Assembly (NCBI RefSeq): GCF_030684315.1
Contig: NC_081356.1
Span: 110,001,723 to 110,065,722 of the forward strand
Source of the DNA: Stegostoma tigrinum
Lineage: Eukaryota
Length of the DNA stretch: 64,000 nt
Direction of reading: 5' to 3'
The position numbers were made by a program, and so were the translations under genes. Within the stretch, counting starts at the first letter, position 1. The number at the start of each line of letters is the position of its first letter. Below, one piece after another: positions 14,220 through 28,065 of this stretch. The notes beneath the pieces are model-generated. The model saw nothing but the letters and a program-made list of their open reading frames with translations, made no database searches and was not told the DNA's origin.

Positions 14220-14520
14220 ACACTACAGCCAATCCAATCAAGATAATGTCACCAGACCACTCCTGTTCATTTCCTATATCCAGTGACTTTCAGTACAATA
14301 CAAGTATCAACTCCCAAATTCAGTAAATGTAAAACATTTTACAATAAAATTAGTTAACAGACTAAAATCCTGCACAGTAAGTTAACACTAATAATTTTCT
14401 ATTTTCTAACACTTCCTGCTTGGTGCATCCCACTTTGGCAATCTGACAAAACCTTAACTGCAGCACGTAGGCTCGTCAATGCATCTGACAGTACACAAAG
14501 ATAGCCCGTTCTAAGAAGTT
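14220..14520 (-). promoter_or_regulatory. Putative p55alpha internal promoter / 5'UTR
   Basis: Tandem CCAAT (14229-14238), CACGT and CGTCA cores (about 14464-14478) and perfect GAS site TTCTAAGAA (14509-14517) upstream of the p55alpha ATG. Confidence 0.4.
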
Positions 14521-17500
14521 GCAATCTTTTAAATAAAAAAAATACACATTATTTCAAGTGTATGCGACCTTTGGTGGCCAATGAGAACAAAAAAGAGAGC
14601 ATGGTTAAACAAACAATTGTTCAAAAAAATGATAAATTCCAGTTGTACTAACAAAGATAGAAATAAACGATGTTTTAGAATATACATCCAAAATACTGAA
14701 AGCTGACAGTGTGTCATTTAGGAACAAAATTAAACAAGAGTCTGAACAACGTAATGTCTAACGGTAAAAATAAAACTGAGCTGCTGGCAGAAATTCACAG
14801 TTGTCCCAACCAGTGGAAAGCCCTGTACAAAAAAATGTTTTCCTGTATGCAGCATTTTAATACTTAGATATTCCAAAGGCTGTGCTGTGTGGGTTGAAGC
14901 ATCAGCATTTGTAAAACTATAAATTTCATAAGATTTTAGGTGATCCAAATCAATGTGAAGTTTAAGTAAAGAAAGAGGTCTCCATTTAATTCACCTCAGA
15001 AGTTGGATCAGAGATTCAAATGCAATATACTACATTACAGCAAATCACTACATCATCAGCCCAATATACTAAGGACTCTGATGCAAAACCCAAGCATAAC
15101 CAAACATACTAATCAGTGATAAGTCTTGTATAGCAATTAGCAATTCAAGAGGCTTTGTAAATGATAAAATTTAAAATTTAATTTACAAAAAATTCAGTCA
15201 CTATCATCTGTTTTCATCAGTAAACAGAACTCTTACTTCCCACACCACACAAAAACAGCAATTCCAGAAAGTGGCTCAGCACTACTTTTCAATGGCAGTA
15301 AGAAATGCCTTTGCCTGCAACACCCAGATCTCTTGGGCAAATAAGAACAATCATTGGAATTTTTTTCCCAAACGTGTCCATACAAACAACAGAATGAAAA
15401 CATTTTATTTGAAAATTTAAAATTAAAAGAGAGACAAAATCTAAACTGAACTGTATTGCAAGCTAGCTATTCTGAAAGATACATTGTGATAAAGTACTAC
15501 TTACAAAACAAGTGCCTTCTTTAATTTTTCACTTCTATTGTAAAAAGCTGTGTTTAGAAAACTAGAAACTAAAGAAAAAAAACAGGAGATCTGCAATTAG
15601 GGCAGTAAATTTTTAATCCCTTCAGGGCTTTACCAAAAGAGCCAAACCCTGGATGCACAGACTTGTATAATCAGGTTAATGCTCAACTCAAACCAGTCTA
15701 GCTTGCTGCAACACCATATGCTAAGCTAGCATTGACAGTACAAGTGACAGACAAGTTATTTTCCACTGCTACATTATCTGGCATTTGGCCAGACATCTAC
15801 TAAACTAGGTACGGGGGACAAGGTTTGGGATGAGGTTGGGGGTGGGAGAGAAAGATGAGTGACAGAAAAATCCAAACCCCATCCTAGCTAAAAGTCATAA
15901 CCCTCAAGGAGCAATTTTTCATCAGATTTTTTAAAACTAAATATTCACAGATAAGGTTGCATATTGTACTACACAATGAGTGTTTTCTACTTCGTTAGGC
16001 ATCTTGACAATTTACTGTATTAAGCAGTTTCCTTGTATTAGCTTGTGTTAAATTGGATATGTCTGAATCACTTGATGGAACAACTGTGAGGCAATAACTT
16101 TTGCCTTCAGCAAGTGGTTTCAAGGTACAGTTTAAAGCTGCAGAAGCACCATACCATCAGCAGGGAAAACATCAGACCCAGCATCTGAACATCAAGTTCA
16201 TGCAATTTAAACAAATGAACTCTTTGGAGTAGTGTGCAGATACCTGTGCAGAGCACAAAGTTAATAATTAAAAAATGAACCCAAGTTCTGTACTTGCAGC
16301 ACATCAATGGTCTGCATTCAACTAATGATAAAAATCTCTCTTTAAACATTAACCAAGGCAAGTTCAAATATTTGCTGAGTTAGGGATTTCTATCTTTGGC
16401 AAGGTAGGGTGGGGGAAAACAGATGGAGGACTAGGAGGAAGGACACGAGAAGGAGGTAGATTAGAAATTTAGGTAACTTTCATGAACAAAAATCCAACTT
16501 GCTGTTAACAGGGAATTTCTAATACTGAACATTAGAGAGCTTGTTTAAGAGGACCTACAAATGTCCTATAATGATCGTTGTATTCGAATATTACATTATG
16601 GAAAGCAAACCTCTTCAGACTGCCAAGTGTAGGAAGCAGCAAAACTGTTCAGCGAAAATAAAATCAAAGCTTTCCTCAAGTTGCTTTCATTCACTAGCAA
16701 TACAACTCAGAATCTGACTTAGGTCAGACAACAGGTGTAGAACAAAGAGGACACTGCATTACTCTAGACCGCTCATACTTCAATAATAAAAAATGACCAC
16801 ATTGTAGGCAAAATACACAGACTGAAATATACAAGAACCAAGAATTTAAACAGAACAAGGCTTTTATTAAAAAAAATTGCCACACAAGGAGGTTCTTTTA
16901 ACATTATAGCTTACAGTACAAAACTTCATAATTCATTTTAAAGACCAGAAATAAATATGCTGACCATTTCATTCCCAACCAATATTAGTTTCAATACCAG
17001 GGACTCAAAAGTTCAACCAGAACTCAATTGGCATCAAGTTGGAGGATTAAATTTGAATTTCTCAGGCCAGATGACCGTAAGCTCATTAGCTTTAGCAAAG
17101 TTTAAGAACAAAGTAGTGTTTGTTAAAAATTTAAATCTAGACTACCAAAAATTACCAAAATAAAACTTGTGGGCTCAAATCAATATGCACTTTTTAAAAA
17201 TTAGATTCAACTTTAGCTGAATAAATGAATATTCAACATATATTACCAAAAATACGATCTTTAATTCCACTCATCTTTGCTAATTTATTTTAAAATACTA
17301 CAGCTTTTCAAAATAATAGATGCCCAGAGTGGCACAAATTTAGTTTTATTATGGTGAGTTCATGACTTCAAAATGCAGGCAAAAAGTTAATTCTTTATTT
17401 AGATCAATAATGAGCGCACTGGATTATTCCAGGTACCAGTAATTTAGTTATGAGAACGAACAAAAAATTGGTCCTATTCTCCTCAGAAAATCATAACATA

Positions 17501-18934
17501 CTGAAGTGACTACTTGAAAATTTGAGACTGGTGAACTTCATTACAAATTAAAAAAAAACTCCAAAAGCTAAACAAGGAAGATTTAATGATATACAATTGA
17601 AACTACCGAAATATCAGTTCAGCTTCTTGGAAAGCAGTTGAAGGAATGGAAGTAAAATTCAAAATATTGAATTAAATGAGCGTAACAGAGGTAATTGCAT
17701 CTCAAGGGCTAAGAACAAATCTCAGCTATACACTTCAGAAATTTGTGGAGAAGGAAATTCAAATGTTTCAATGCGATAATTTAGAAGTGCTTCACCCCAA
17801 AAATGTAGCTTATGCCCTACAGAGTTCAAAATTAATTTGTATTTAAAGTATTTTTTTCTGCAATGCACTAACTTCCTTATTGGATACAGCACCAGAGGGC
17901 ACCTTTAGTAACTTGCCAAAATTACCAGCTCTCACTCCAGATGTTATGGCATATGCCAGCGTGCTTGCACAACAGCCAGAGTCTGCACTTGCTCAAGACG
18001 TTTCAAAGACATACTCCTGACAAGAAATCACATACTGTATCAGGAGTAGACACTCTAGCAAAATTTTCCTTCCTTAAATTGGAATGGTGTGGTGAGTTTC
18101 AACTTCACTAGAAATCAGTTAACTTAGTACAGACCAGATATAAAACTTCCTGGACTGTCTTGGTTTATATGGCTCAGGCATCAACATAATCTCACAGCTA
18201 TGTAGAAACCGTAAAGGCATTGTAATCTGTTCAACTATTTTGCTGCTATATCATTTAAAACAAACAGCATATGCAGCTGTAACATACAAAGGTTCACAAT
18301 TATCCTATCAAAAATGCAACTGAATTTGATTTTAAAATTTCATGGGATGGAAATGGAAAAAAAACCACATGTGCATATTGAAGTCAGCACATTTTTCAGC
18401 TTTAATATTTAGAGCCCTCTTCAGGATAAATATAAAATTTCATGCAAAATAAAACAAGGTTCAAACTTAAATTGCATTCACACATGTTGCCTGACCAACA
18501 TTTTCCTATTACTTTAGATTTTGTTCCAGTACAGGTCCATAAGTTTAGTTTAAAACTAAAGCTAAAGGCCAGTATTTAACTTTTTTTTTGCATTACTGCT
18601 GAATATCTCTGCCATTTTCATAACTTTAGTTGCAAGTGCCATGTTAGTCATTATTTTTATTCTCTACTTCCTTCCATGTATTTTGTGGCATTTTATAAAG
18701 ATACTAAACTTGAGGAAAGAAATACACATTTAGAGTTATGTAGCTTCTCAAAAAATTGAAATTCTTAGACGCTCTAAAACAGATTCTGCCAGTTATCATA
18801 CCCAGGCTCTACGCACATCAGGAAATTATATACAACTTGCTACATTTACAATTTTTTTTACCATCATGTTGTTATGCTGATACAAGTAGGACATCCATCA
18901 GGATTTCAGCATAGCCTAAAAAGGTTGAAATTGT

Positions 18935-19345
18935 GCTTGAGAGTTTAGAAGAATGAGAGATGATGAGATAACAAAGTATAGAGCTGGATGAACTCAGCAG
19001 GCCAAGCAGCAGAGAAGCAGGAAGGCTGTTGTTTCGGGCCTAGACCCTGCTTCAGAAATGAGAGAGGATGTTTCTTCTCTTAAGAATGTTGCAGAATAAA
19101 GTGAGGAATTCCCACCCCCCGCCCTCAGAGTTCTCTCTCTCTTTGGAACTCCTTGCCTCAGACAGCTGTGGGGAAAGAATTCTTGTGCATATATAAGGCT
19201 GAAATAAATTCTTGATCAGTAGGAGAATCAAGGGTTATGAGGATAATACAGGAAAATAGAATGTCAGTTCAGCCATAATCCTATTGAATGGTGTAGCAGG
19301 CTCAATGGCTTGAAAGCCTACTCCAGTTCCTAATTCTTATGGTTT
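18935..19345 (+). mobile_element. CR1 3' end interrupted by a Penelope mini-insert (about 18966-19056)
   Basis: gagtttagaagaatgaga...cctactcc...tcttatgg CR1 tail; insert flanked by aatgagaga(t/g)gatg duplication. Confidence 0.75.
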
Positions 19346-21659
19346 TATATAAAAGTATCGACAGTTTCTTACAAAAAAAAATTGGATTTCTAAACCAAAT
19401 ATTGTTATATATCCTTTAGAATTCAAACAAAAACACATCAGATGAATACTGATTCTCTGCTAAACCTGTTCAGAGTTAGTATATACTTCTAGGGCAGGTC
19501 AGAATTGATACTGGCCCAGAGGTAGGGACAGTTCACCAGAAGAGACCCTCAAGCCAACATATTAAGAGTATGCCTACTGAGCTTTCTATAATGTTGAATA
19601 CCCTTGGAAACGTCCTTTTTCCAAATTCCACAAGGACGTGATTTACAAATGCACCATATCACTAGTACACCAAGTGCTTTACAACCAATGGATTATTTTT
19701 TTAAATGCATCCACAAACACAGCAAAAAAGTTAAATATGGATTCATGCAGTGTTTTAATTAATGGGAACCAAAATCAGGCCAAATCTGTATATTAAATGA
19801 CCAAATACTCAACCACTTGGCTTTGGCAAAGAGTTGATAAAGTGGCTCAAAATTCTATGTCCTATTGAGGTCAACTAGATGGTTAACAAAGTTTGATCTT
19901 CATAACAGACAGACTATAACAAGAGTAAAGCCACAGAAAGTAATTCACAGATGTAAGAAAAAAAATGATGCTTCGGTATCATTCTGATGAATTTAATGCT
20001 GGTTTTTAATTCAACCGTAGAAAATCTCTTTTCCTGCATTTCGTCAAGAAAGGTTCCCATGCAAGACAAAAATTAAACTGTCAAAATGAATGATCTCTAA
20101 TTATTTAGCATTTACTGCTGTGTTTTTATTTAATGTTCTATACTAACCATCATCACAAGTTCACAACATAAAAACGTTATGACAAAGGACATCCAATGGT
20201 CAACTGATTGCCTATGGAACGGATTTAATCGCGTTATTCTGTTTTAATCCAGAAACCCATCAATTTTTCAAACCAAGAAGAGTATTACAGACAAAAGCAG
20301 AAGAAATATCTGTTAGAAAACAACTGGTTATAAACAGGTGGCTGTGGTTTTGGGCTTTGGAAAATAAGAATGGATGAGATTATTATTTTTAAAAAGCGAA
20401 AATGACAAGCAAACCTTTCCTTGTTTAGGACTCCACAACAGTTACTAAATTTAGTAAACAGGAATTCCAAACAACTATTAACAAATGTTTTAAGGAACCA
20501 TTGGTTTTTGGACCTGCACAAATACATGTTATGTCACAGACTCCAACAGGAACTGAATAGTATAGCATGTACTGTACATTTTCAGCTTTCAACAGGAAAA
20601 TGTTTAGAAGTCCAATTTGACATTCCCATAAAATTGTACAACTACCACTGAAAAGATAAGTTCATCATCATCTACAGTAACTTGATGAATTTTGTTTTTT
20701 CTAACTTTTAAAAATAATTTATTCTTTGGATATAGCAGTCACCCATGTCACTGGCATATACTGTACATACTTGGTGGTTTACAGAAACTGACACAAGTGG
20801 TTGGCTCGGCTAGGGCATGAACAGAAGGCAATTAGGAATCTATGTTGCCATAGGCTAGGGTTTCAAAAGGACTGGGGGTCAAGTAAATTGACAGATTTCC
20901 ATGATAATCCAACAACTCCAGACAGTGGACACTCATGACAACCACTTGTTTAAATTCCAGGTTTATTCCTCAAATCATCATAATGCTACTGGATTCCGCT
21001 TGGATTATTCTCCAGGATTCTGGATCATTAGTTCAGTAACATATTATTATATCATTATACTGTTTTTCCTCTGAAAGCCCCTACAAAGGAAAACTCTCAC
21101 TAAAATATCATTTCTGTAACTCACTAACTCTATTTTGTTTTAAAACTGTATATCAATTCTTCAACGACTCAAAATCTTGTCCAAGATGATATTGACAAAA
21201 CACTGCAAACGCAAATGAAACTTAACACTACCATTACAACAGTACTTCCACATCAACACAAGGTGATTTCAAGTGTGTGAGAATGGAAAAGTGACAGTAC
21301 AGGTTAGTACAGTACAGCAAGAGATGTAACCATCTTGAGAAGGTAACGTCACACTGCTTGAACTTTGCACAGGAAAGAGAGACAGAAGACCCTTGATTCA
21401 ACTGTTTGATTTCCAATTTAATTTCCAATAAAGATTTTGGTTAATTAAAACCTATAGATACTATGCAACCCACCATAGCTCATTCATTCAGAAATACTTC
21501 AGCATGCCATTATAATATCCAAGTGAACTTATAAAAGTTGAAATAAGTTAGGAATCAATATCAAATCACATATTGGTCTTTAAAATGCAGAGAACCATGC
21601 ACAGAAGATACACAAAATAAGTGATGCAATTCACTAAGGCCTCCGAGTTTGTTTTATCA

Positions 21660-23225
21660 TTGTATTATTTTATTGCGGCTGATCCAATTGTGGCTGTCTT
21701 CATGGAAGATAATATAGAAAATCTCCAAGAAATACTAGGGAACTAAGGGACTTGTGAAAACAAGAAACTGAAGTAAATTTGGAGGCAGTACTCAAAAAAA
21801 ATTAACTGCATAAGGCTGATAAATCCCCAAAATGCTCCATATCGCACAGTGCTGAATGTAGTGGCTAAGAGGCAATAGAATCATTGGTGGCCATCTTTCA
21901 AATTTCTATAGATTCTCGAGAGGATCCTGCAGACTGGAAAACAGACGATATAATCTCCCTATTTAAGAAAGGGAGAGACGAAAAAAAATGGGGAATTACA
22001 CATGTGTTATCTTTTTCTCTCCTGTCTTCAAGTTAACTAGGCACTTGTGGAGGAGTCAACATGGATTTATGAAAGGGAAATCCTCTTTGATGGAGCTTTT
22101 GGAGTTTTAGAAGAATGTTACTGGCAGCACAGATCCAATGTATTAGGATTTTCAGAAGGTTTTTGAGAAGGTCTCACATGAGATCAGCAAACCCAATTAC
22201 AGCGCATGGAATTGGGGATAATGCACTTGCATGGATTGAGAATTAGTTAACAGGCCAGAAAACAGTAGAAATAATAGAGTCATTCTCAGGTTGGCAGGCT
22301 TTTACTATTAGGATTCTGGACGAAGCAGCGCAGGGGCCAAAGTTGTTCAAAGTCCCCTTAACAAGCCATTTATGTAGATTAAGTGCAATATTTCCAAATT
22401 TTGTGATGACATAAATCTAAGTGAACATTCATATTGCGGTGAATGCAATGAAGCTTCAAGGAAACTGATAGGATAAAACTGTGCAATTACACAGCAGACA
22501 GAATATAAAATTTGAATAATTGAGTGTTATTCACACTGGTGGAAAAAACAGAAAGACAATATTTCTTAATGGTGAGGGGTTAGGAAATGTTGATGTCCAA
22601 AGGGAACTGAGTGGTCTTATCACAGAAGTTAGCTGGCAAGTAATCAGGAATAGTAAACTGGCCTTCAGTATACAACACAAATGATGCCTTGCTATGACTG
22701 CACACAACCTTGCTGAGATCATATTTGTTGTATACTCAGCACAGTTTTTGCTTCCTTATCTAAAGGAGAGATGCACTTCCTCTTTGGCAAGTATAAGACT
22801 AATCCCTGCAAGAGGATTCACACTGGACTCGAAGTGTTCTCTCTACTTCTCTCGCCGCAGATACTGCCAGGCTGCAGTTTCTTCAGCACTGTGTTTCATC
22901 CTTGGGATTAAGTATAAAAAGGAGAGATTGAGGAAAATGGGCTTTTATTTGTTAGAGTTTTGAAGAACAAGAGGAAATCCCATTTAAACTTTTAATAACA
23001 TTTGACAAGAGTTGATACAGATGGTTCCTTTGTCTAGTGAGCTTGAGTAGGCCAAAGGCTGAGATCAGGAGGGATTTCTTCATTCAGGTTGGTAAATGTT
23101 TGGAATTCACTGCCCCAACAGCCATGCTGGCAGAATCACAAGCACATTGAAGACAGACATTAATGGATTTACTACCATTTGGGGGCAAGTGCAGGAAAGT
23201 GGTCTTGAAATAATCAGCCATAGGC
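21660..23225 (+). mobile_element. Decayed CR1 LINE ORF2 (RT) and 3' tail
   Basis: Recognisable degenerate RT blocks (gattttcagaagg.ttttga = DFQK.F; gatgac = DD) with many frameshifts. Confidence 0.8.
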
Positions 23226-23640
23226 CAATTAATTAGCAGAGCAGGCTTGACAGGCTGGATAGCTCACTCCTATGCTCCTGTCTGCTTCCAATAACTATGG
23301 ACTCTCTTGTAGATTAAAATGTGGGCTATTTCATACCATATCTACAAGTCTATGGTCCTGATCCCTTAACAGAACAAAAAGTTAAGTACTTTGTTCATAC
23401 TCTTTCTAGTTAAATTCAGAAGGTCTAAGTTACCTGACTGTAATCAACTGGTTACGTGACTCTAATTTCAACACCCTGACATGTTTCAGAAGAGAGACTT
23501 CCAAAAATTTTAAAAAAATACAAAGAATGCAATTTCCATATTTTTCACGTTACTTTTTCTTTAAAAAAGCTGCATGATACATTTCACTGTTAAGTTTAAT
23601 ATGCAATCCAATAATTGATCAGCAGGCAAACCAAAAGGAA

Positions 23641-23662
23641 AAAGAAAGAAAGAAAGAAAGAA
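23641..23662. repeat. (AAAG)n microsatellite
   Basis: aaagaaagaaagaaagaaagaa. Confidence 0.8.
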
Positions 23663-24262
23663 AAATGCTCTGCAGGACTAGCTACTTTATATTCAAGACA
23701 GAACTAAAAGGGAAAGATAGGAGATCCAATTTTGGCAAGTCTTACTGACTAGGTTCACATTAAAATCCTAGTACAAAGAATACATTAAAAATGCAGGGGC
23801 ACTTAAAAACTGAGATGGCATGTAGTTCAAAGACAAATATCAGGCTAAACAGCATACTGTCATTACATACATTTTGACTACTCCAACAAAACTAGCACAT
23901 CTAGACAATTTCGTATCAATTCTGTGAACTTCCTTCCATTTTACAAGCTATACTTAAAAACCTCAAAAGCTCTTACATACGCGTCATGATGAAATATATA
24001 ACTGCAACTTTAAGAGTGGAAAAACACTTTACTAGAACAAATTAAAATAATTCTAAGGAAAACCAAATTTATAAGATGGAAAACTATTGCAGATTACGTG
24101 AACAATCTAATTTAATTCAGAATTCACCAAAAATTTTAAAAAATACTTGCAGATTTTGAGAGAAGTAATCCAAAAAAAATCCAACAAGAGAAAACCACTA
24201 TTTTACGTAAGCTGCAAGAGAGTTAATATCGAATTAAAGCGTATTATTAGATCTGATCTTAC

Positions 24263-24357
24263 CTGGTGCTGGTGTATGTGTAGCCTGTGTTTCTTGGCAT
24301 TCACTGGCTATAAGTACTTCTATTATTTTAATGTGGTATTCAGGATTCGTATCTGAG
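24263..24357 (-). CDS. PIK3R1: PIK3R1 exon, end of BH domain (SDTNPEYHIKIIEVLIASECQETQATHTPAP)
   Basis: 95 bp, TAG acceptor, CAG|GTAAG donor, phase 2 to 1; aligns with human IKVIEILISTEW...PAP. Confidence 0.93.
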
Positions 24358-24492
24358 CTAGATAATCAAAGATAAAGACAAATGTTAAGTGTTATTTACA
24401 TTATTTTTAGCATTTGTATTGTACGTTTCTCAACGTTTAATAAAATATAAAAGTACACCCAAGGAAACCGACTTTATTGGTCACGTACATAC

Positions 24493-24694
24493 CTCGCTGC
24501 CTGTTGTCTGAAAAGCAAAGGATTGAAGATTTCAGCCAATGTTCTTGCATTTAGATTGTTCTTCCCAGAGCTTTGGCAAAGTTTACAGAAATGCTTGATC
24601 AAATAATGAAGTGTAAGCCAATACTGTTGAGGCACATTATGGGACCGGATAGCTCTCCTTAGCAACTGTGCACACTCCTCTGTGTTGAGTACTT
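24493..24694 (-). CDS. PIK3R1: PIK3R1 exon, BH domain ([35 protein letters not shown]...[15 protein letters not shown])
   Basis: 202 bp, canonical sites, QYWLTL.YL.KHF motif. Confidence 0.97.
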
Positions 24695-25957
24695 CTGCAT
24701 TTGGGGAAATTAAAAATCATCGCTGTCAACAGTAGGGCACAGAACCACCAACATTCAGGATTCTTGTCCAATATCCAGTATAGCTTAACATGTTATTTCT
24801 AAATAAACAGTCAGATAACTGGCAGTTACCAATCTGTGTTTGGTACAAGAAAACCTTTAAAAAGATAGTGAACAGTCAGTGGAAAACTATACATCTTGTG
24901 ATGTCAACCACAAATAGTACCACTATAGGTCTGCTTTTCTTGTGATGCAGATGATTGGGCAATTTATAGATACAACAGATAAGGACAACAACCACATCCT
25001 TTGCTGCATTATGCATTTGTAGAAAGGTCTTCACTTTGTGCACTCTAACAGCCCTATAGACTCTGCAACAAGTCTTTCCATTTTTGATCTTTGTAACCTA
25101 AACACACCCAAAATTTATAAACCACATAGTACAATTCGTGGTTAGGTCTCAGTACTTTGTGTCGCATCAAGATCACATTGTAAGTTTGCACTGATATCTG
25201 AGCACAGTTGATTTTTGTTAATTAATGTAATGACGTCTACAAATAACCTATTATCATCAAGAACTAGAACATTTAACCGTGCAAATGAGGATCAATGATT
25301 TAAAATGTTTGTGAGCAAGGAGGGGCGAATCCAAGTTCAATACATATTACAAAAACTACATACTTAACACAATGAGCGATGTCACCTGGGGTCACTATTT
25401 AAACATTTATCCAGAGGGGTGACCTTAAAAGCGGTTTATGAAGCAAAATGATTGACATGATCTAGGTAGATGGAAGGGTTTGAGAGTGTACAGGGAGTAC
25501 AGAAAAGAAAGTCACTTTATTTAATCAAGAATATAGCACCAGAAAATAAGATTATTTGGCATTACATCCTTTTACATAAACACTAGTGAGAATCCTTAAA
25601 AATCAGCACTTTTCTGAAACTACCCTAAAATTTCAAGCCAGTTAATAAATACATGTATAATTTTTTGGAGAATATCTGCTTAAATTTTTGAAAATTGAAT
25701 ATTAATAATACATGTTAGTTTGAGAAATTCAGCTGTGCCCATACAAAAGCAAGCTTGAACATGCTACAGATTAAAACTATACAAACTTTATCTTTTTAGC
25801 AAATCTGACCAGGATTTTCCATCTAGTTAGCTCAGTAATCGTATTCCCTTTAAATCAGAAGGTCCAACTCCATCCAGGGGTTGAGCAGACAATCCCAGAT
25901 GATGTCAAAGTGCGATATTTATCTCTGAATTATAAGGACTAAACTGTTAAATTAGTT

Positions 25958-26173
25958 GAGGTAACAAGGTGCAGAGCTGGATGAAAACAGCAGGATAGCT
26001 GACGTTTCAGTCCTAGACCCTTCTTCAGAAAATGAAGCAGCTCATTTTCTGAAAAGGGTCTAGGCCAGAAACATCAGCTATCCTGCTCCTCTGATGCTGC
26101 TTGGCCTGCTGTGTTCATCCATCTCTGCACCTTGTTATCTCAGATTCTCCAGCATCTGCAGTTCCTACTATCT
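25958..26173. mobile_element. Penelope-derived fold-back mini-element with hammerhead-like cores on both strands
   Basis: Long inverted repeat; ctgttaaatt(a/g)gtt duplicated at 25944-25957 and 26174-26187. Confidence 0.85.
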
Positions 26174-26444
26174 CTGTTAAATTGGTTATTTAACTTATTG
26201 TTCCTGGGATCTTACTCCACACAAACTGGCTTTAGAGTTTCCCTACATTATAAACAGAACATACTTAAGAGTCAGAGTTATACAACACTGCAACAGGCCA
26301 ACTTGTCCATGCTGACCAGGTTTCCTAAATTAAACTGGTCTCATTTGCCTACCATATACCTGTCCAATTTAAACATTTTCTTAGCTTTGTTTTGTACTGG
26401 GGTTACAGAAGATGCTTCATAAATTAATATTTTCTCTTCCTTAC

Positions 26445-26576
26445 CTTGAGCGGTAAAAACCATATCACTGTAGACGGATGCTGGAATGACAGGATTTGGT
26501 AGTTCCTGAAGATATTGCTTTAAAGCATCAGTTAGTGACTGCAGATCAAATTGCTCCATGTCCACTGAACTTGCAT
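26445..26576 (-). CDS. PIK3R1: PIK3R1 exon, BH domain (ASSVDMEQFDLQSLTDALKQYLQELPNPVIPASVYSDMVFTAQ)
   Basis: 132 bp, CAG acceptor, GTAAG donor, RhoGAP-like LK.YL.ELP.P.IP motif. Confidence 0.97.
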
Positions 26577-27729
26577 CTGGTAAATTAAGAAATGCACATG
26601 ACTACTGAAATGTTTACAAAACAAACTGGCTGTTGAGAGATTTACTTGACTAGTCTTTGGGAGTGTACTGAGTTACAAATATGCAGAAATCTGTTCACAA
26701 AAGGCTATGCCATTGCTATCAGTTATACTTTGCAAAGAACTTGTGTTATACAGATTTTCACGGCTCTAAGAAGCACATTTCAAGAAATAAAATCTACTGA
26801 TCGGGGCTTTCTAATGATGAGGCTACTTGGAACAGTATTGCATCCTACTAACTGGTAATAACTCCAGTTCTAGCCCTCACCCTCTTGAGGTAACCAATCT
26901 CAGCAAAGCAGTATTAATAGGACTATTAATAATATAATCCTGCCTAATTGTAGGGGACAGAAATATCTAGGCATTCCAATGCACTTTAAGATGCACTTTT
27001 GCAGAACTTAAGTGAAGTCCCAGCAAGGTTAAGTCCTGATAGTCCAACTGTATATCAGCACGCAGGTTTACCAATGTCAAGGTCACGATAGATTGATCAG
27101 TTCAGCTCTGAACACAAAGCATAGATGATACGACAGCAACACAAGCACTTTCTGAAAAGGTGCAGAAAAAGAAGAGTTTGCAAAATCTAGCTCCATAGGA
27201 ATCCTTTCCATCACACTATGAACAGAGATGGTATTTTTTCCCCCCAAAAAATCGCCGAGATTATGATTTGAAGGATTAATCTTATCTTCATTGGAATGTA
27301 CAAATGTACACCACATGGCACATATGTACAGAGGATTCATAAGGATCAAATTAATTTACAACACAACAGGCACAATTACCTACAGAGACCTATTATTCGG
27401 CTGGTCCACCCACACTATTTGCATGATCTTTTGATCTCTCTACCCATAACTTCTGAGAGATTCACTCTCATTTCACCTGAAGGAGCAATGCTCTGAAAGT
27501 TTAAGATTTAAAATAAACCTGTTGCACTATAATCTGGTGTCATCTGGTTTCTGACCTTGTCCACCCCAGTCCAACACTAGCACCTTCCCATCTGGAGGCA
27601 ATTAAAACTAGGTGCAATAAACAATTAGGGGAGAATACAATGCATTTCCAAAAAGATGTATTAGCTGTCCAAAAATCAGCTTATTTCAACACTTGCAGTT
27701 TTTAATACCACAATCAACACAATATTAAA

Positions 27730-27746
27730 GCAGCCCCCTAGTGGTA
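27730..27746 (-). promoter_or_regulatory. CTCF-like motif CCACTAGGGGGCTGC
   Basis: Close match to the CTCF core CCASYAGRKGGCRS. Confidence 0.55.
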
Positions 27747-28065
27747 GTGCGGCATTCATAAAAAAGTTCAGCTTTGAAAAAATGCATGGGGCTACCTGGA
27801 TCAATTTGGTTTAGAAACGTCATTCTGAAAGTATGTAGAAACTGGGAATTTACAACCAACATGCATGCGCCCCCCACCCCCCCACCCCAACATCCAAAGG
27901 CAAGAAAATACTACTGCAACATTAAAAATTAAGTGACAGCTATAAACACAAAAGGGTGTAAACGTTTATTACAGTGGCAGTGCAATTAAGCCACAAACAG
28001 AAAAAGACCATTTATATATTTGTACAAAACAACTTGGAAAACATCTAAATGTGCTGCATATTTAC

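Noticed and set aside
14101-24262. Canonical p50alpha (MHNLQ) exon at its mammalian position
   Set aside because: Donor-like sites checked (about 15236, 15504, 16154, 23433) had no suitable in-frame ATG; not found, although my scan was not exhaustive.
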